A stretch of 64,000 nucleotides of DNA from Candidatus Kapaibacterium sp. (GTDB lineage: Bacteria; Bacteroidota; Ignavibacteria; Kapaibacteriales; UBA2268), in NCBI GenBank assembly GCA_937927515.1, contig CALBDO010000001.1, forward strand, positions 21,773 to 85,772, read 5' to 3'. Under the pieces are notes generated by a model that was not told where the DNA came from, made no database searches, and was given only the letters and a program-made list of their open reading frames with translations. This document shows positions 47,652 through 58,617 of this stretch, one piece after another (positions within the stretch are counted from its first letter, which is position 1; each line of letters opens with the position of its first letter). The translations under genes and the position numbers were made by a program.

Positions 47652-50508
47652 TTCCTAGCTCCGAAATCAAAAAACGACCAGTTAAGCTTTTAGGGTTATT
47701 AGCAATATCCTCTGGTGTTCCTTCGGCAACTATTTCACCACCCTCGTCACCACCCTTTGGCCCAAGGTCAATTATCCAATCTGCACATTTAATAACATCA
47801 AGGTTATGCTCAATCACTACAACAGTGTTCCCTTTATCAACTAATTTATTAAGCAAATTTAAAAGCAAACGTATATCCTCGAAATGCAAGCCAGTCGTAG
47901 GTTCATCAAGCAAATAAAGAGTTTTTCCAGTGCTTCTTTTGGAAAGTTCAGTTGCTAATTTTACACGTTGAGCTTCTCCACCGGATAGAGTTGGTGCTTG
48001 TTGACCAAGTTTGATGTATCCTAAGCCAACATCGTAAAGCGTTTGCAGAACTTTTTTAATTTTGGGTATATCCTTGAAAAAAAACAAAGACTCTTCAACA
48101 GTCATTTCAAGCACATCAGCTATGGATTTGTCTTTATATTTAACCGCAAGTGTCTCATCATTGTATCTTTTTCCACCACAGGTGTCACACACAACATAGA
48201 CTTCGGGCAGAAAATTCATCTCAATTACTTTCATACCACCGCCTTGACAATCTTCACATCTACCGCCCGGTATGTTAAATGAAAAACGACCGGGTTTATA
48301 CCCTCGCAGTCTCGACTCTGGAAGCATTGCAAAGAAATTTCTAATTTCAGAGAACACACCAGTGTATGTTGCTGGATTAGACCTTGGGGTTCTCCCTATC
48401 GGAGATTGGTCGATTTCAATAATTTTGTCTATGTGTTCAATACCTTCGATTGAATCGTATGGGAGGGGTTTCAAATTTGAATTATAAAAGTGATTTGAGA
48501 GAATTGGATACAAGGTATCATTAATTAATGTAGACTTTCCAGAGCCACTCAAGCCAGTTACACAAATGAATAAGCCAAGAGGTAATCGTAAAGTAATGTT
48601 TTTGAGGTTATTACCTCTTGCACCACGGAGGATTATTTCCTTGCCGTTGCCTTTGCGTCTTTTTGGAGGAATTTCAATTTTTCTTTCATTTAATAAGTAT
48701 TGAGCAGTTATAGATTTTTCTTTTATAGAGATGTCAAGAGTATTAATCTTTTGAGGTGGTGAGACAAAAATAACTTCTCCACCTTGAATACCTGCTCTTG
48801 GCCCTAAATCAACTATAACATCAGCGTTTTCTATTGTTGCTCTATCGTGCTCGACAACAATGATTGTATTACCCAAGTCCCGCAATCTTTTCAACGAATC
48901 AATTAACTTGTGATTATCGAATTGATGCAATCCAATGCTTGGCTCATCCAAAACATAAGTAACACCTACCAACTCCGAGCCAAGTTGTGCAGCAAGTCTA
49001 ATCCTTTGGGATTCTCCACCAGAGAGAGTTCTAACTGGACGATTGATAGAAACATAGGCTATTCCCAGCTTTTCCAGAAAATTAAGTCTGTCGAAAAGTT
49101 CTTTGAAAATAATCTTTGTTATAAGTTGTTCGCGTTCAGTTAATCTGTCATATATTTCTTTCAATATGTTTTTCGCCCCGGGAATATCTCTTTTGGCTAT
49201 GTCGTAAATCGAATATCCATAAACAAAGACGTTAAGGTTTTCCTCCTTCAATCTGGCTCCATTGCAAACTGGACAAGGGAAACCTCTTATGTACTTTTCT
49301 AAAGATTTAATTAATGATGGAGCTTCGGAATTTTTATAAACTTGACGTAAAGAATTTACAACCCCAATGTAGGTGATTTTATAAGGGGAACTTGAGTGTT
49401 TCATTTTCATTGTAATTTCAATTGGCTCCTCGTCATCACCATAAAGCAATAAATTAAATTCGTTCTTGTCAAGTGCTTTGATTGGCAAATTCAAATCTAA
49501 TTTATATTTCTGAGCAAAAGCCACCACTTGTTCGAGCAACCATACAAATCTTGAATCCTTGAGAATTTCGATAGCTCCTTCAGCAATTGACATATCATTA
49601 TTAGGTATTAATAAATCTAAATCAAAATCAAACAGTTCTCCAATGCCCTCGCACTTTGGACAGGCTCCATATTTCGAGTTGTAAGAAAAACTATTTGGTG
49701 CCAAAGGCTCGAATGAACGTCCACACTCCGGACAAGCATAATGAATACTCATTAATATATCTTTTTCTAAATCAAAGTCATACAATATAATGTTGCCATC
49801 ACCATAGTTTAAAGCCAAGTCGCACGATTGATACAAACGATTTACCTTCTGTTCATTTACGATTAATTTATCTATAACTAATTCAACATTGTGAGTTTGA
49901 TAACGAGAGAGCTTCATTCCCTCGACAATTTCAAGGAATTCCCCGTCGACCCTTACTTGGGTAAAGCCAAGTTTTAAAAATTGCTCGAAGAGCTCGCGGT
50001 AATGTCCTTTCCTTCCTCGAACCACTGGAGCAAGTATTTGTACCTTTTTCCCAGAGTATTCTTCTATTATTTTTTGTACTATTTGGTCGAGATTTTTTTT
50101 CTCAACTGGAATATTGCAGGCTGGGCAATACTGTACTCCAATTTTTGCAAAGAGCAACCGCAAATAATCGTAAATCTCCGTTACAGTACCAACAGTTGAC
50201 CTTGGATTATGGCTAATCGTCTTTTGTTCAATTGAAATACTTGGAGAAATCCCCTCAATTAAATCAACTTCGGGCTTCTTATAATTACCTATAAATTGAC
50301 GAGAATAAGCAGACAAACAATCAACATACCTTCTATTTCCTTCACTGTAAATAGTATCAAATGCAAGCGAAGACTTTCCAGAGCCAGATAGTCCTGTAAT
50401 TACAACAAATTTGTTTCGCGGGATGTTTAAACTAATGTTCTTTAAATTATGTTCTCTTGCCCCCCGAATGTTTATAAATTCAATTCCATTATTGCTTGAA
50501 ATCTCCAT
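47644..50508 (-). CDS. uvrA: Excinuclease ABC subunit A.
   Basis: 954 aa. Two ABC ATPase modules are present ([14 protein letters not shown] and [14 protein letters not shown] Walker A; LSGGE signatures) with interspersed zinc-finger Cys clusters (CPACN..., CPECGRS..., [17 protein letters not shown]). Confidence 0.95.
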   Translation of the reverse strand: MEISSNNGIEFINIRGAREHNLKNISLNIPRNKFVVITGLSGSGKSSLAFDTIYSEGNRRYVDCLSAYSRQFIGNYKKPEVDLIEGISPSISIEQKTISHNPRSTVGTVTEIYDYLRLLFAKIGVQYCPACNIPVEKKNLDQIVQKIIEEYSGKKVQILAPVVRGRKGHYRELFEQFLKLGFTQVRVDGEFLEIVEGMKLSRYQTHNVELVIDKLIVNEQKVNRLYQSCDLALNYGDGNIILYDFDLEKDILMSIHYACPECGRSFEPLAPNSFSYNSKYGACPKCEGIGELFDFDLDLLIPNNDMSIAEGAIEILKDSRFVWLLEQVVAFAQKYKLDLNLPIKALDKNEFNLLLYGDDEEPIEITMKMKHSSSPYKITYIGVVNSLRQVYKNSEAPSLIKSLEKYIRGFPCPVCNGARLKEENLNVFVYGYSIYDIAKRDIPGAKNILKEIYDRLTEREQLITKIIFKELFDRLNFLEKLGIAYVSINRPVRTLSGGESQRIRLAAQLGSELVGVTYVLDEPSIGLHQFDNHKLIDSLKRLRDLGNTIIVVEHDRATIENADVIVDLGPRAGIQGGEVIFVSPPQKINTLDISIKEKSITAQYLLNERKIEIPPKRRKGNGKEIILRGARGNNLKNITLRLPLGLFICVTGLSGSGKSTLINDTLYPILSNHFYNSNLKPLPYDSIEGIEHIDKIIEIDQSPIGRTPRSNPATYTGVFSEIRNFFAMLPESRLRGYKPGRFSFNIPGGRCEDCQGGGMKVIEMNFLPEVYVVCDTCGGKRYNDETLAVKYKDKSIADVLEMTVEESLFFFKDIPKIKKVLQTLYDVGLGYIKLGQQAPTLSGGEAQRVKLATELSKRSTGKTLYLLDEPTTGLHFEDIRLLLNLLNKLVDKGNTVVVIEHNLDVIKCADWIIDLGPKGGDEGGEIVAEGTPEDIANNPKSLTGRFLISELGIG

Positions 50509-50782
50509 TATAATAAATTAAAAAGTATTTAAACTTTAAAAAACGAATAATTAAAATAGAAATTTTGAAAATCACCACATATCTATTATTGAACCAATTT
50601 ATGATAAAGACCTCTCTGAAGCTTTGGTGTGTGTCGACTAAATCTTTTAAATAATTAAAATAATGAATATTTCACTCCTGAATCATTATACTAATTTATA
50701 ACTACATTTCTTTACAGTACTAAAATCAATGATAAAATTAAATTTACAATACTATATATTTAAAATTTTAATGAGGGTCAAA

Positions 50783-52099
50783 ATGGTAAAGAATGTTGTT
50801 AGTTTTGTTTTACTTATTGTTTTTATAATTTGTAATTTTATTTATGTACGTTCAGATTTCAAAATTTCTGGAGAATTTCGAGTTCGAAGCGAACTCGATG
50901 GCAGAGACTTCTTAAATCAAACTTATCCTCAATCATTTACCGCACTTCGAGTAAGATTAAATTTTGAAAAAGTTATCAATGAGCACGTTATGTTCTTTGC
51001 CCAAATACAAGACTCGCGAGTTTTTGGCGAAGAAAAAAGCACACTTAAAGACATGAAAAACTTAGACCTTCATCAAGGATTTTTAAAAGTAAAAAACATA
51101 TTTGATACTCCATTTTTTATGACTTTTGGTAGATTCTCTCTTGAATATGGTAGGTTTAAAATTTTTGGTCCAAATGCTTGGCATAATGTTGGTCGTAGTC
51201 ACGATGGCTTCATATTTGGCTACAACACGGATAAATACAAAACGGATATTTTTATAACCACCCATTCGAACTTTCTAAGTTATCGTGCTGGCGCTGCAAA
51301 AGTCTACGAAAACTATGATTACAAAGAGGCTCCGGCCGACACTGGATTCAACATCTTTGGCTTCTATTCAACAAATAAGCTGTCTCCATTTCTTAACGGT
51401 GAATTATACTCATTTTATGAATGGGACCGGCATAGACCCAATGGCAAAGACATGCAACTTGGTAGGTACACTCTCGGTACTGCCTTCGAAATTGCACCAT
51501 CATCGTCACAATTAAATCTTAGATTTGAATTTGCCTACCAAGGAGGAACAATTTTCACATCTGAACTTCAAAACATTTCGGCATTTTTAATTCTAATAAA
51601 TTTACAATATAAAACTAAATCATTGGTTGCTTCTTTAAATGCCGACATTAATTCTGGAGGTGACCCCAAGAAAACAAATAAATATAAATTATTTGATAAT
51701 CCATACTCGACTAAACACAACTACCAGGGATTTATGGACTTTTTCACTGGCTTGTCTGAAAAAAAATTTTCGACTGGAATTTATGGATTAAATGACTACT
51801 TCATCCGACTTATCTATACCCCGTGGAATAATTTTAACCTTCAGTTTGATGGACATTACTTTACAACATTTGTCCCCTTTGAAAATTCAAAAGGTGAGAA
51901 AATTCATAAATATGGACCAGAGTTGAATTTCCTATTGCGTTACAAGCTATATGAAGTAGTGGAATTTGAGTGGGGTTCAGGAATATTCTTTGCTAATGAA
52001 GCTATGAAAGAATTATATAACCAACTTCCCAAAAGAGCGGGCACCGATAAATTTGACCCTGCATTTTGGACTTATATTCAAATAAACGTCAAAATTTAA
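50783..52099 (+). CDS. Outer-membrane beta-barrel protein, alginate-export (AlgE-like) family porin.
   Basis: Signal peptide from the internal start MVKNVVSFVLLIVFII. The N-terminal FKISGEFRVRSELDGRDF resembles the Alginate_exp family start (lsGelRlRyE). The protein is rich in alternating aromatic/hydrophilic beta-strands and ends in ...YIQINVKI. The ORF track begins 54 nt further upstream at 50729. Confidence 0.45.
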   Translation: MVKNVVSFVLLIVFIICNFIYVRSDFKISGEFRVRSELDGRDFLNQTYPQSFTALRVRLNFEKVINEHVMFFAQIQDSRVFGEEKSTLKDMKNLDLHQGFLKVKNIFDTPFFMTFGRFSLEYGRFKIFGPNAWHNVGRSHDGFIFGYNTDKYKTDIFITTHSNFLSYRAGAAKVYENYDYKEAPADTGFNIFGFYSTNKLSPFLNGELYSFYEWDRHRPNGKDMQLGRYTLGTAFEIAPSSSQLNLRFEFAYQGGTIFTSELQNISAFLILINLQYKTKSLVASLNADINSGGDPKKTNKYKLFDNPYSTKHNYQGFMDFFTGLSEKKFSTGIYGLNDYFIRLIYTPWNNFNLQFDGHYFTTFVPFENSKGEKIHKYGPELNFLLRYKLYEVVEFEWGSGIFFANEAMKELYNQLPKRAGTDKFDPAFWTYIQINVKI

Positions 52100-52135
52100 A
52101 AAAATTTCATAAGTATTTTTTCAATTCAAATTCAT

Positions 52136-52867
52136 TTAAAAATAGAGATATTCCCTAATTTTTTTATAAAGTTCCCAAGTGGATTTTACATCTTTAATGC
52201 AATACATAGCTATTTCAGTAAACTTCCCATATTTAAAATACTCGGAAACATTAGAACCATCGATACCAAAAGACTTAGGTGATTCAATCCCAAAAGAGCG
52301 AGTGTAAAAGTCAAGATTAAATTTTTTAGTTGCTGAGAAGTAAAATGTTGGTTGGTAAAATGTCAACTCATCCAACAAATCTGTGTGAAATTTGTAATTG
52401 AATTTTGTGCCCTCCATAATGTTTCTCGTTGGTTTCACTCCAAGAATAGCCGAACGAAGCATAATAAATGGACAATCGAAATTCCTTCCATTAAATGTTA
52501 TTAGGTGTATTTCACTGTACTTATCCAAAACTTTCCAAAAATATTTTATTGCCCTCCGTTCCGAAACAATGTAAATTTTAACATCATCAATTATTTCGAT
52601 TTTTTCGGTTTCATCATCCAAAGAATTATCGACAGCATAAGCCACAGCCTTTGTCGCAACTTCTTGCTCATCTTCTATTTCAACAAAATACAAACCAATA
52701 CAAATAATTTGTGCGGTGAAGGGTGAGAGACCCAACTCAGTCATTCGTTTTTGTTTTTCCTCCTCAGTCAGTAAGTTCCTAAACAAGTATTCCTTTTGAG
52801 ATTCTGAAAAAGTATCCCAATCCAACGGCGATGTTTCGATGTCAAATACTAAATATTCCTGTTTCAT
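52136..52867 (-). CDS. Stand-alone DEDD-type 3'-5' exonuclease related to the PolB exonuclease domain (RNase H-like fold).
   Basis: Exo I motif YLVFDIETSP at the N-terminus. 243 aa. Downstream there are ...ITFNGRNFDCPF... (Exo II-like) and ...YCIKDVKSTWELY (Exo III YxxxD). Confidence 0.6.
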   Translation of the reverse strand: MKQEYLVFDIETSPLDWDTFSESQKEYLFRNLLTEEEKQKRMTELGLSPFTAQIICIGLYFVEIEDEQEVATKAVAYAVDNSLDDETEKIEIIDDVKIYIVSERRAIKYFWKVLDKYSEIHLITFNGRNFDCPFIMLRSAILGVKPTRNIMEGTKFNYKFHTDLLDELTFYQPTFYFSATKKFNLDFYTRSFGIESPKSFGIDGSNVSEYFKYGKFTEIAMYCIKDVKSTWELYKKIREYLYF

Positions 52868-52934
52868 AAGTTATTGTTGAGAATAAAAGATTAATTTTGT
52901 AATTTACAAAAATAATTTTATCATCTATAAAGTT

Positions 52935-53702
52935 ATGAAAATAATTCGTTTTGTATTAACATATTCTTTGTCTTTATTTGCTATAATGTCAATTACTTTT
53001 GGCTGTAGCACACCAAAAAGGGAGGAAATTCATTCAGCAGATGTACTTTTCCTAAAAGCAAAACAAGAGTTGGACAAAAAAAGATATGAAGAGGCCGAGA
53101 AATACTTCGATTTACTTAAACTTCACTTTCCAGCTAGTCAATATGCTGATGACGCGCAATATTATCTTGGAATAATCAATTTCGAAAAAAACAATTACAT
53201 TATGGCTTCCTTTCATTTCTCTACACTTCGGAAATGGTATCCTAATAGCGAATATTGCAAAGAGGCTTTGTTTAAAACTGCAATGTGCTACTATAACTTG
53301 TCTCCACCTTTTGATAGGGAACAAGAATACACTTTCAAAGCAATCGAGTATTTTCTTGAATTTCAAAATACCTATCCCAACGATACCTTAACCAATTTTG
53401 CAAACATTTATCTGAAAGAACTTAGAAATAAACTTGCTTACAGAAATTACTTTACAGCCTACTTGTACTACAAATGGCAAAGTTATCGCTCTGCGTTAAT
53501 ATATATCGATATTGTTCTTGATGAATACCCCGAAACAGACTTCGCTGAAGACGCTCTATGGTTAAAGATTCAAATCTATAATGACCAAGGCTTTTATTTG
53601 GATTTAGAAGAGCTATTAACACAATATAAACAAAAGTTTCCTAAAGGCAAATATCTTGTTCGAGTGGAAACTTTATCCAATTCACATAGAGCAAAACAAT
53701 GA
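52935..53702 (+). CDS. bamD: Outer-membrane protein assembly factor BamD-like TPR lipoprotein.
   Basis: Lipobox SITFGCS. There are TPR repeats with the BamD-typical phrasing (YEEAEKYFDLLKLHFPASQYADDAQYYLGII...; YPNSEYCKEALFKTAMCYYN; YPETDFAEDALWLKIQIY). Confidence 0.7.
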   Translation: MKIIRFVLTYSLSLFAIMSITFGCSTPKREEIHSADVLFLKAKQELDKKRYEEAEKYFDLLKLHFPASQYADDAQYYLGIINFEKNNYIMASFHFSTLRKWYPNSEYCKEALFKTAMCYYNLSPPFDREQEYTFKAIEYFLEFQNTYPNDTLTNFANIYLKELRNKLAYRNYFTAYLYYKWQSYRSALIYIDIVLDEYPETDFAEDALWLKIQIYNDQGFYLDLEELLTQYKQKFPKGKYLVRVETLSNSHRAKQ

Positions 53703-54673
53703 ATGCCAAAGCATTTAAAATCCTCATACTAGTGTTTTGTTGTATTAACTTTTCAAATGTTTACGCACTTAAGCCCTATGCCATTATAGTTCACGGTGGA
53801 GCTGGAACTTATAGTACAGATTCATCTGAAAATCACCAAATTAAACATGTTCTGCTTTCAGCGGTTGAAAAAGGATATTCAATATTAGAAAGTGGCGGTT
53901 CATCTCTTGATGCTGTTGAATCTGCGATAAACATTTTAGAAAACTCCTTTCTCTTTAATGCCGGGCGGGGTTCAGTTCTAAACGAAGAGGGTTTTGTAGA
54001 AATGGACGCATCCATAATGGAAGGAAAAAACTTGCAGGCTGGAGCAGTTGCCGGGGTTCGAAATTACCCAAATCCAATCTCACTTGCTCGTCTAGTTATG
54101 GAAAAAACCCCACACGTGCTTTTTGCCGGTGAAGGGATTAATAGGTTATTAGAAAAATTCAAGCTTCCCAAAATACCCCCCGACTCACTTAAATATCGAC
54201 CAAAAAATGAGGAGCACACAAAATCCCCTAAAGAAAAACGCGGGACTGTTGGTGCTGTTGCGATTGATATGTATGGCAATATATCCGCTGGTACCTCAAC
54301 AGGTGGAGTATCAAACAAGATGGTAGGTCGAGTTGGCGACTCTCCCATTATTGGCGCTGGTACTTATGCAAAAAATTCCACGTGTGGTGTATCATGTACT
54401 GGTTTAGGTGAATTTTTTATTCGTCAAAGTGCTGCATTCCAAGTCTCTGCATTAATGGAATTTGCTCAATATTCATTAAGTAAAGCTGTCACCTATGTTT
54501 TAAACGAAATTTATAAAATGGGAGCCTCCGGCGGGATTATTGCAATCGACAAAGATGGAAACCCAGCTTTTGATTACACTACTCAAGGCATGCCCTGTGC
54601 TTTTAAAAGTAGCAATGGTGTTTCCTGGATAATAATTTTTAAGAATGAGCTTGAAAAAAATAATCACAAGTAA
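53699..54673 (+). CDS. Isoaspartyl peptidase / L-asparaginase (plant-type, Ntn-hydrolase).
   Basis: Signal peptide. The autoproteolytic site ...KRGTVGAVAID has Thr as nucleophile. The upstream motifs are HGGAGT and GGSSLDAVESAI. The glycine-rich GVSCTGLGEFFIR is also present. Confidence 0.85.
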   Translation: MNAKAFKILILVFCCINFSNVYALKPYAIIVHGGAGTYSTDSSENHQIKHVLLSAVEKGYSILESGGSSLDAVESAINILENSFLFNAGRGSVLNEEGFVEMDASIMEGKNLQAGAVAGVRNYPNPISLARLVMEKTPHVLFAGEGINRLLEKFKLPKIPPDSLKYRPKNEEHTKSPKEKRGTVGAVAIDMYGNISAGTSTGGVSNKMVGRVGDSPIIGAGTYAKNSTCGVSCTGLGEFFIRQSAAFQVSALMEFAQYSLSKAVTYVLNEIYKMGASGGIIAIDKDGNPAFDYTTQGMPCAFKSSNGVSWIIIFKNELEKNNHK

Positions 54674-54724
54674 ATGTTCAATATTTTTAAATGTTTTTTG
54701 TCTATAATAAGTCAATAGATTGCT

Positions 54725-55123
54725 ATGAAAATGCAACGCATAATGCTAAAATCAAAAATTCACAGAGCAAAAATAACAGATGCAAATCTTTATTATGAAG
54801 GTAGTTTTACTATTGACGAAGATTTACTCGAAGTGGCTAATATATTACCATATGAAAGAGTTTCAGTTGTAAATATTAACAATGGTGAAAGATTCGATAC
54901 TTATGTTATTCCTGGGGAACGAGGAAGTAGACAATTTTGCTTAAATGGCGCTGCTGCCCGCAAAGGTGCAATTGGGGACGAAGTAATTGTAATTAGCTAC
55001 AGTATTTATACCGAAGACGAAATAAAAAATTATGAGCCAATAATAGTACTTTTGGACCAAAACAACAACATAGTTGAAGTTTCGCATAAGACCGAACCTT
55101 ACAAAATCGTAAACAAGAGGTAA
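54725..55123 (+). CDS. panD: Aspartate 1-decarboxylase.
   Basis: [29 protein letters not shown] ... [15 protein letters not shown] ... [19 protein letters not shown] aligns motif-for-motif with PanD, including the Gly-Ser self-cleavage site. Confidence 0.9.
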   Translation: MKMQRIMLKSKIHRAKITDANLYYEGSFTIDEDLLEVANILPYERVSVVNINNGERFDTYVIPGERGSRQFCLNGAAARKGAIGDEVIVISYSIYTEDEIKNYEPIIVLLDQNNNIVEVSHKTEPYKIVNKR

Positions 55124-55127
55124 AAAA

Positions 55128-55871
55128 GTGCTTGGTATAGCGATTCTCGCTGCCGGTAAAGGAAAGAGAATGAATTCTCCAGAACAACCCAAAGTTCTTG
55201 CATTGTTAAATTCAAAGTCGCTTTTAGGTTATGTTTTGGATACTGCTTTAACTTTAAATCCCTTGAAAATTTATGTTATAGTTGGGTACAAAAAGAATTT
55301 GGTCGTCGATTTTGTAAATAAATTCTATCCATATCAATTTATTGAAATAGTTGAGCAAAAGGAACAACTTGGCACTGGACACGCTATTCTTCAATTGAAA
55401 AATGTTATCGACTTAAGAATTGATGATTTACTTATTTTATCGGGAGATGTTCCCCTAATTACCTCGCAAACCTTAAAAAAATTTATCCAATTTCACATTG
55501 ATGGCAAATTTGATTTGTCATTGATTTCAACCATTGTAAACAATCCAAGTGGTTACGGTAGAATAATTAGGGAAATTAATGGAAAAGTATTATGTATTGT
55601 TGAAGATAAAGACTTAAAACCAGGTGAAGAACAAATTAACGAAATCAATGCTGGAATTTATATATTTCGAATTGAAAATCTGTTTAATTTTTTGCAATTC
55701 GTCAAAAATGACAATGCCCAGCGAGAATATTATCTTACAGATTTAGTCGAGATTTATCGACAAAATGAAAAATCCATTGGTGCTTTTCTCATTGAAAATC
55801 ACCGAGAGGTCTTAGGCATTAACACACAACAAGAACTATTACATCTTGAGGAAATTGTTTCACAAAAGTAA
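55128..55871 (+). CDS. Sugar-phosphate nucleotidyltransferase (GlmU N-terminal-like NTP_transferase domain), with a GTG start.
   Basis: GIAILAAGKGKRMNSPEQPKVL and the downstream GTGHAI match the GlmU/MobA-like nucleotidyltransferase signature. The 247-aa length covers only the nucleotidyltransferase domain. Confidence 0.65.
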   Translation: MLGIAILAAGKGKRMNSPEQPKVLALLNSKSLLGYVLDTALTLNPLKIYVIVGYKKNLVVDFVNKFYPYQFIEIVEQKEQLGTGHAILQLKNVIDLRIDDLLILSGDVPLITSQTLKKFIQFHIDGKFDLSLISTIVNNPSGYGRIIREINGKVLCIVEDKDLKPGEEQINEINAGIYIFRIENLFNFLQFVKNDNAQREYYLTDLVEIYRQNEKSIGAFLIENHREVLGINTQQELLHLEEIVSQK

Positions 55872-55879
55872 AATAAATA

Positions 55880-56308
55880 ATGATATTAGGAATAAATCAC
55901 ATTGGAATAGCTGTTTTAAACATAGAAGAAAGTTTAAAAATATTCAAGAAGATTTTTGAGTTTGATAATTTGCATATTGAAACCGTTGAATCACAAAAGG
56001 TCAGAATTGCCTCTTTTAACGTTGGTAATGTTTTAATCGAACTTACAGAACCAACTGCAGAAGACTCTCCCATAATGAAATTTATACAAAAGAAAGGTGA
56101 AGGTATCCACCACATTGCTTTCGAAGTAGACACATTAGCTAATGAATTAACTAGACTACGAGATAACAATATTATTCTTGTAAATCAAAATCCTGTCGAA
56201 GGAGCAAACAATATGTTAATATCTTTTATACACCCAAAATCTACAAGTGGGGTTTTGATTGAGCTTTGTCAAAAAAACAATGTTATGTTTAACAATAATA
56301 AACATTGA
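55880..56308 (+). CDS. Methylmalonyl-CoA epimerase (VOC/glyoxalase-fold).
   Basis: ILGINHIGIAV...E ... GIHHIAFEV ... with a C-terminal E. ~140 aa, as in MCE. Confidence 0.75.
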   Translation: MILGINHIGIAVLNIEESLKIFKKIFEFDNLHIETVESQKVRIASFNVGNVLIELTEPTAEDSPIMKFIQKKGEGIHHIAFEVDTLANELTRLRDNNIILVNQNPVEGANNMLISFIHPKSTSGVLIELCQKNNVMFNNNKH

Positions 56309-56940
56309 AAATGCCGCTATTAATTTTAGTCAGACATGGCGAATCTGAATGGAACTTGCAAAACCGCTTTACTGGTTGGGTTGATATAGACCTATCACCT
56401 CGTGGAATTGAAGAAGCCCATCAAGCCGGAAAAATACTAAAAAAGCAAAATTACCGCATCGACGCTGTTTTTACTTCCGTACTTAAACGAGCAATTAGAA
56501 CAACTGAAATAATTCTCGAGGAGCTGGGGTTAAATGGAATGCCATATCAAAAGAACCAAGCTCTAAACGAAAGACATTATGGAGACTTGCAAGGTATGAA
56601 TAAAACTGAAATCGGAGAAAAATATGGTTTCGAGCAATTAAAAATTTGGAGAAGAAGCTACGATGTTGCCCCTCCAGGTGGTGAATCATTAAAAGACACA
56701 CAAGAAAGGGTCCTGCCCTACTACCACAAAGAAATTGAACCTTTGTTGCGCCAAGGCAAAAATGTTCTTATCTCCGCCCACGGTAACTCTCTTCGTGCAT
56801 TAGTGATGTTCTTGGAAAATCTTTCTAAAGAGGAGGTCTTAGAATTGAATATTCCTACGGGGGTTCCTTACGTTTACGAATTGGATGCAAATTTAAATAT
56901 CATCAACAAAATCATTTTGGAAAACAAGGTAGAACTATGA
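56305..56940 (+). CDS. gpmA: 2,3-bisphosphoglycerate-dependent phosphoglycerate mutase (short form).
   Basis: LVRHGESEWN (catalytic His), RAIRT, and the ...SAHGNSLRAL... second His are present. 211 aa. Confidence 0.85.
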   Translation: MKMPLLILVRHGESEWNLQNRFTGWVDIDLSPRGIEEAHQAGKILKKQNYRIDAVFTSVLKRAIRTTEIILEELGLNGMPYQKNQALNERHYGDLQGMNKTEIGEKYGFEQLKIWRRSYDVAPPGGESLKDTQERVLPYYHKEIEPLLRQGKNVLISAHGNSLRALVMFLENLSKEEVLELNIPTGVPYVYELDANLNIINKIILENKVEL

Positions 56941-58610
56941 AAAAATTAATATATATAGCCTTTCTAATTATTATTTGTCTTACGTCGAACTTTATTCACG
57001 CCCAAGATGAAAAGATAATTGTTAGTTCTTTAAAGAAAGAACTGGCTCGATTTCTTGACAAGCTAAAAACAGAACAATATCCTCCCTACTACCTTAGTTA
57101 CATTGTCTTCGATATTGAAACAGCAACGATTAGTAATTCTTTTGGTCGCACTGCAACTAAGAATAACTCAAGAAATAAGATTTTAAACATAGATTTGAGA
57201 GTTGGTAATTATACGCTCGACAACACACACAAAACTGAAATTGACGCATTTTCATTTTCTTCATATCAAAATACAAAATTACCACTAATAGGAGATGAAA
57301 AAGCACTACGCACATCTATCTGGAATGCTACGGAAAAAGCATATAAGGACGCAACGAAACAATACCAAAGTGTTTTATCAAATAGAGCTTTAAAAGTCAA
57401 AGAGGAAGATACCTCGGCGGATTTTACTCAGGAAATCCCACCTACGATATATTTCGAACCCAAAGAGACTTATAGAATTGATTTAGACAAATGGGAACGG
57501 ATATTTAGGAGAGTATCTACTTTATTTCGCCAAAATAAATGGTTACTTGATGGAAAAATCTCATTCTCATTCGAAAATCAATATAAAATCTTCGTAGATT
57601 CTGAGGGAGCCGAAATATCTCAAAATCAACCTAAATTTAGAATAAACATTTTTGTCAGAACCAAAGCTGATGATGGAATGGTTCTATATCTTTCAAAGAA
57701 CTTTTTTGGTTTCAAAGAAGAGGAACTTCCACCAGAAGATTCAATTAAATCTGCTTTGGTTGAATTAATCGATAAATTAAAAAAACTAACCAATGCTCCC
57801 TTAATGGAAACATATTCTGGACCAGCCATACTTAAAGGGGAAGCCTCTGGTGTGTTCTTCCATGAAATATTAGGACATCGTGCCGAGGGTCATCGGCAGA
57901 AGGACCCACGCTCTGCGCAAACATTTAAGTCTTTCCTAAATAAACAAGTTCTTCCAGAATTTATTGATGTTGTTTTCGATCCAACAATCTCGGAACTCAA
58001 TGGCACGAAGCTTTCTGGATTTTATAAATACGACGACGAGGGCGTAAAAGCACAGAAAGTTGTATGCATTGAAAACGGAATTTTCAAAAATTTTATCATG
58101 TCGCGTTCTCCAATCGAGAATTTTCCTAAATCAAATGGCCACGGAAGAAAAAGTTATGGCTACCGTGCTGTTGCAAGACAATCGAATTTAATAGTGGAAT
58201 CCTCTAAAAAAGTCCCTTTTGCAAAATTGAGGGAAATGTTAATTGAAGAATGCAAAAGACAAGGAAAGGAGTATGGGTTACTTTTCGAAAAAGTAGAAGG
58301 GGGTTTTACTTTTACAAGCAGAACCATACCAAATGCTTTTAATGTTTTACCAATAGTTGTATATAAAGTCTATACTGATGGACGCCCTGATGAATTAGTA
58401 CGTGGTGTAGATTTAATTGGTACTCCATTGACTACTTTTTCCAATATTACTGCTACAGCTGATGATATGGAAGTCTTCAATGGAATTTGCGGTGCAGAAT
58501 CTGGACCAGTCCCAGTCTCGGCTGCTTCCCCAAGTATTTTAGTATCAAAAATTGAAGTTCAGAAAAAAGAAAAATCCGAAGAAAAACCACCAGTTTTGCC
58601 TTCTCCCTAA
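56937..58610 (+). CDS. Secreted TldD-type metallopeptidase (TldD/PmbA family, the HExxxH-bearing subunit).
   Basis: Signal peptide MKKLIYIAFLIIICLTSNFIHA. HEILGHRAEGH is the TldD HExxxH motif. There is a C-terminal glycine-rich region GICGAESGP. Length 557 aa. Confidence 0.7.
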   Translation: MKKLIYIAFLIIICLTSNFIHAQDEKIIVSSLKKELARFLDKLKTEQYPPYYLSYIVFDIETATISNSFGRTATKNNSRNKILNIDLRVGNYTLDNTHKTEIDAFSFSSYQNTKLPLIGDEKALRTSIWNATEKAYKDATKQYQSVLSNRALKVKEEDTSADFTQEIPPTIYFEPKETYRIDLDKWERIFRRVSTLFRQNKWLLDGKISFSFENQYKIFVDSEGAEISQNQPKFRINIFVRTKADDGMVLYLSKNFFGFKEEELPPEDSIKSALVELIDKLKKLTNAPLMETYSGPAILKGEASGVFFHEILGHRAEGHRQKDPRSAQTFKSFLNKQVLPEFIDVVFDPTISELNGTKLSGFYKYDDEGVKAQKVVCIENGIFKNFIMSRSPIENFPKSNGHGRKSYGYRAVARQSNLIVESSKKVPFAKLREMLIEECKRQGKEYGLLFEKVEGGFTFTSRTIPNAFNVLPIVVYKVYTDGRPDELVRGVDLIGTPLTTFSNITATADDMEVFNGICGAESGPVPVSAASPSILVSKIEVQKKEKSEEKPPVLPSP

Positions 58611-58617
58611 AAATATA

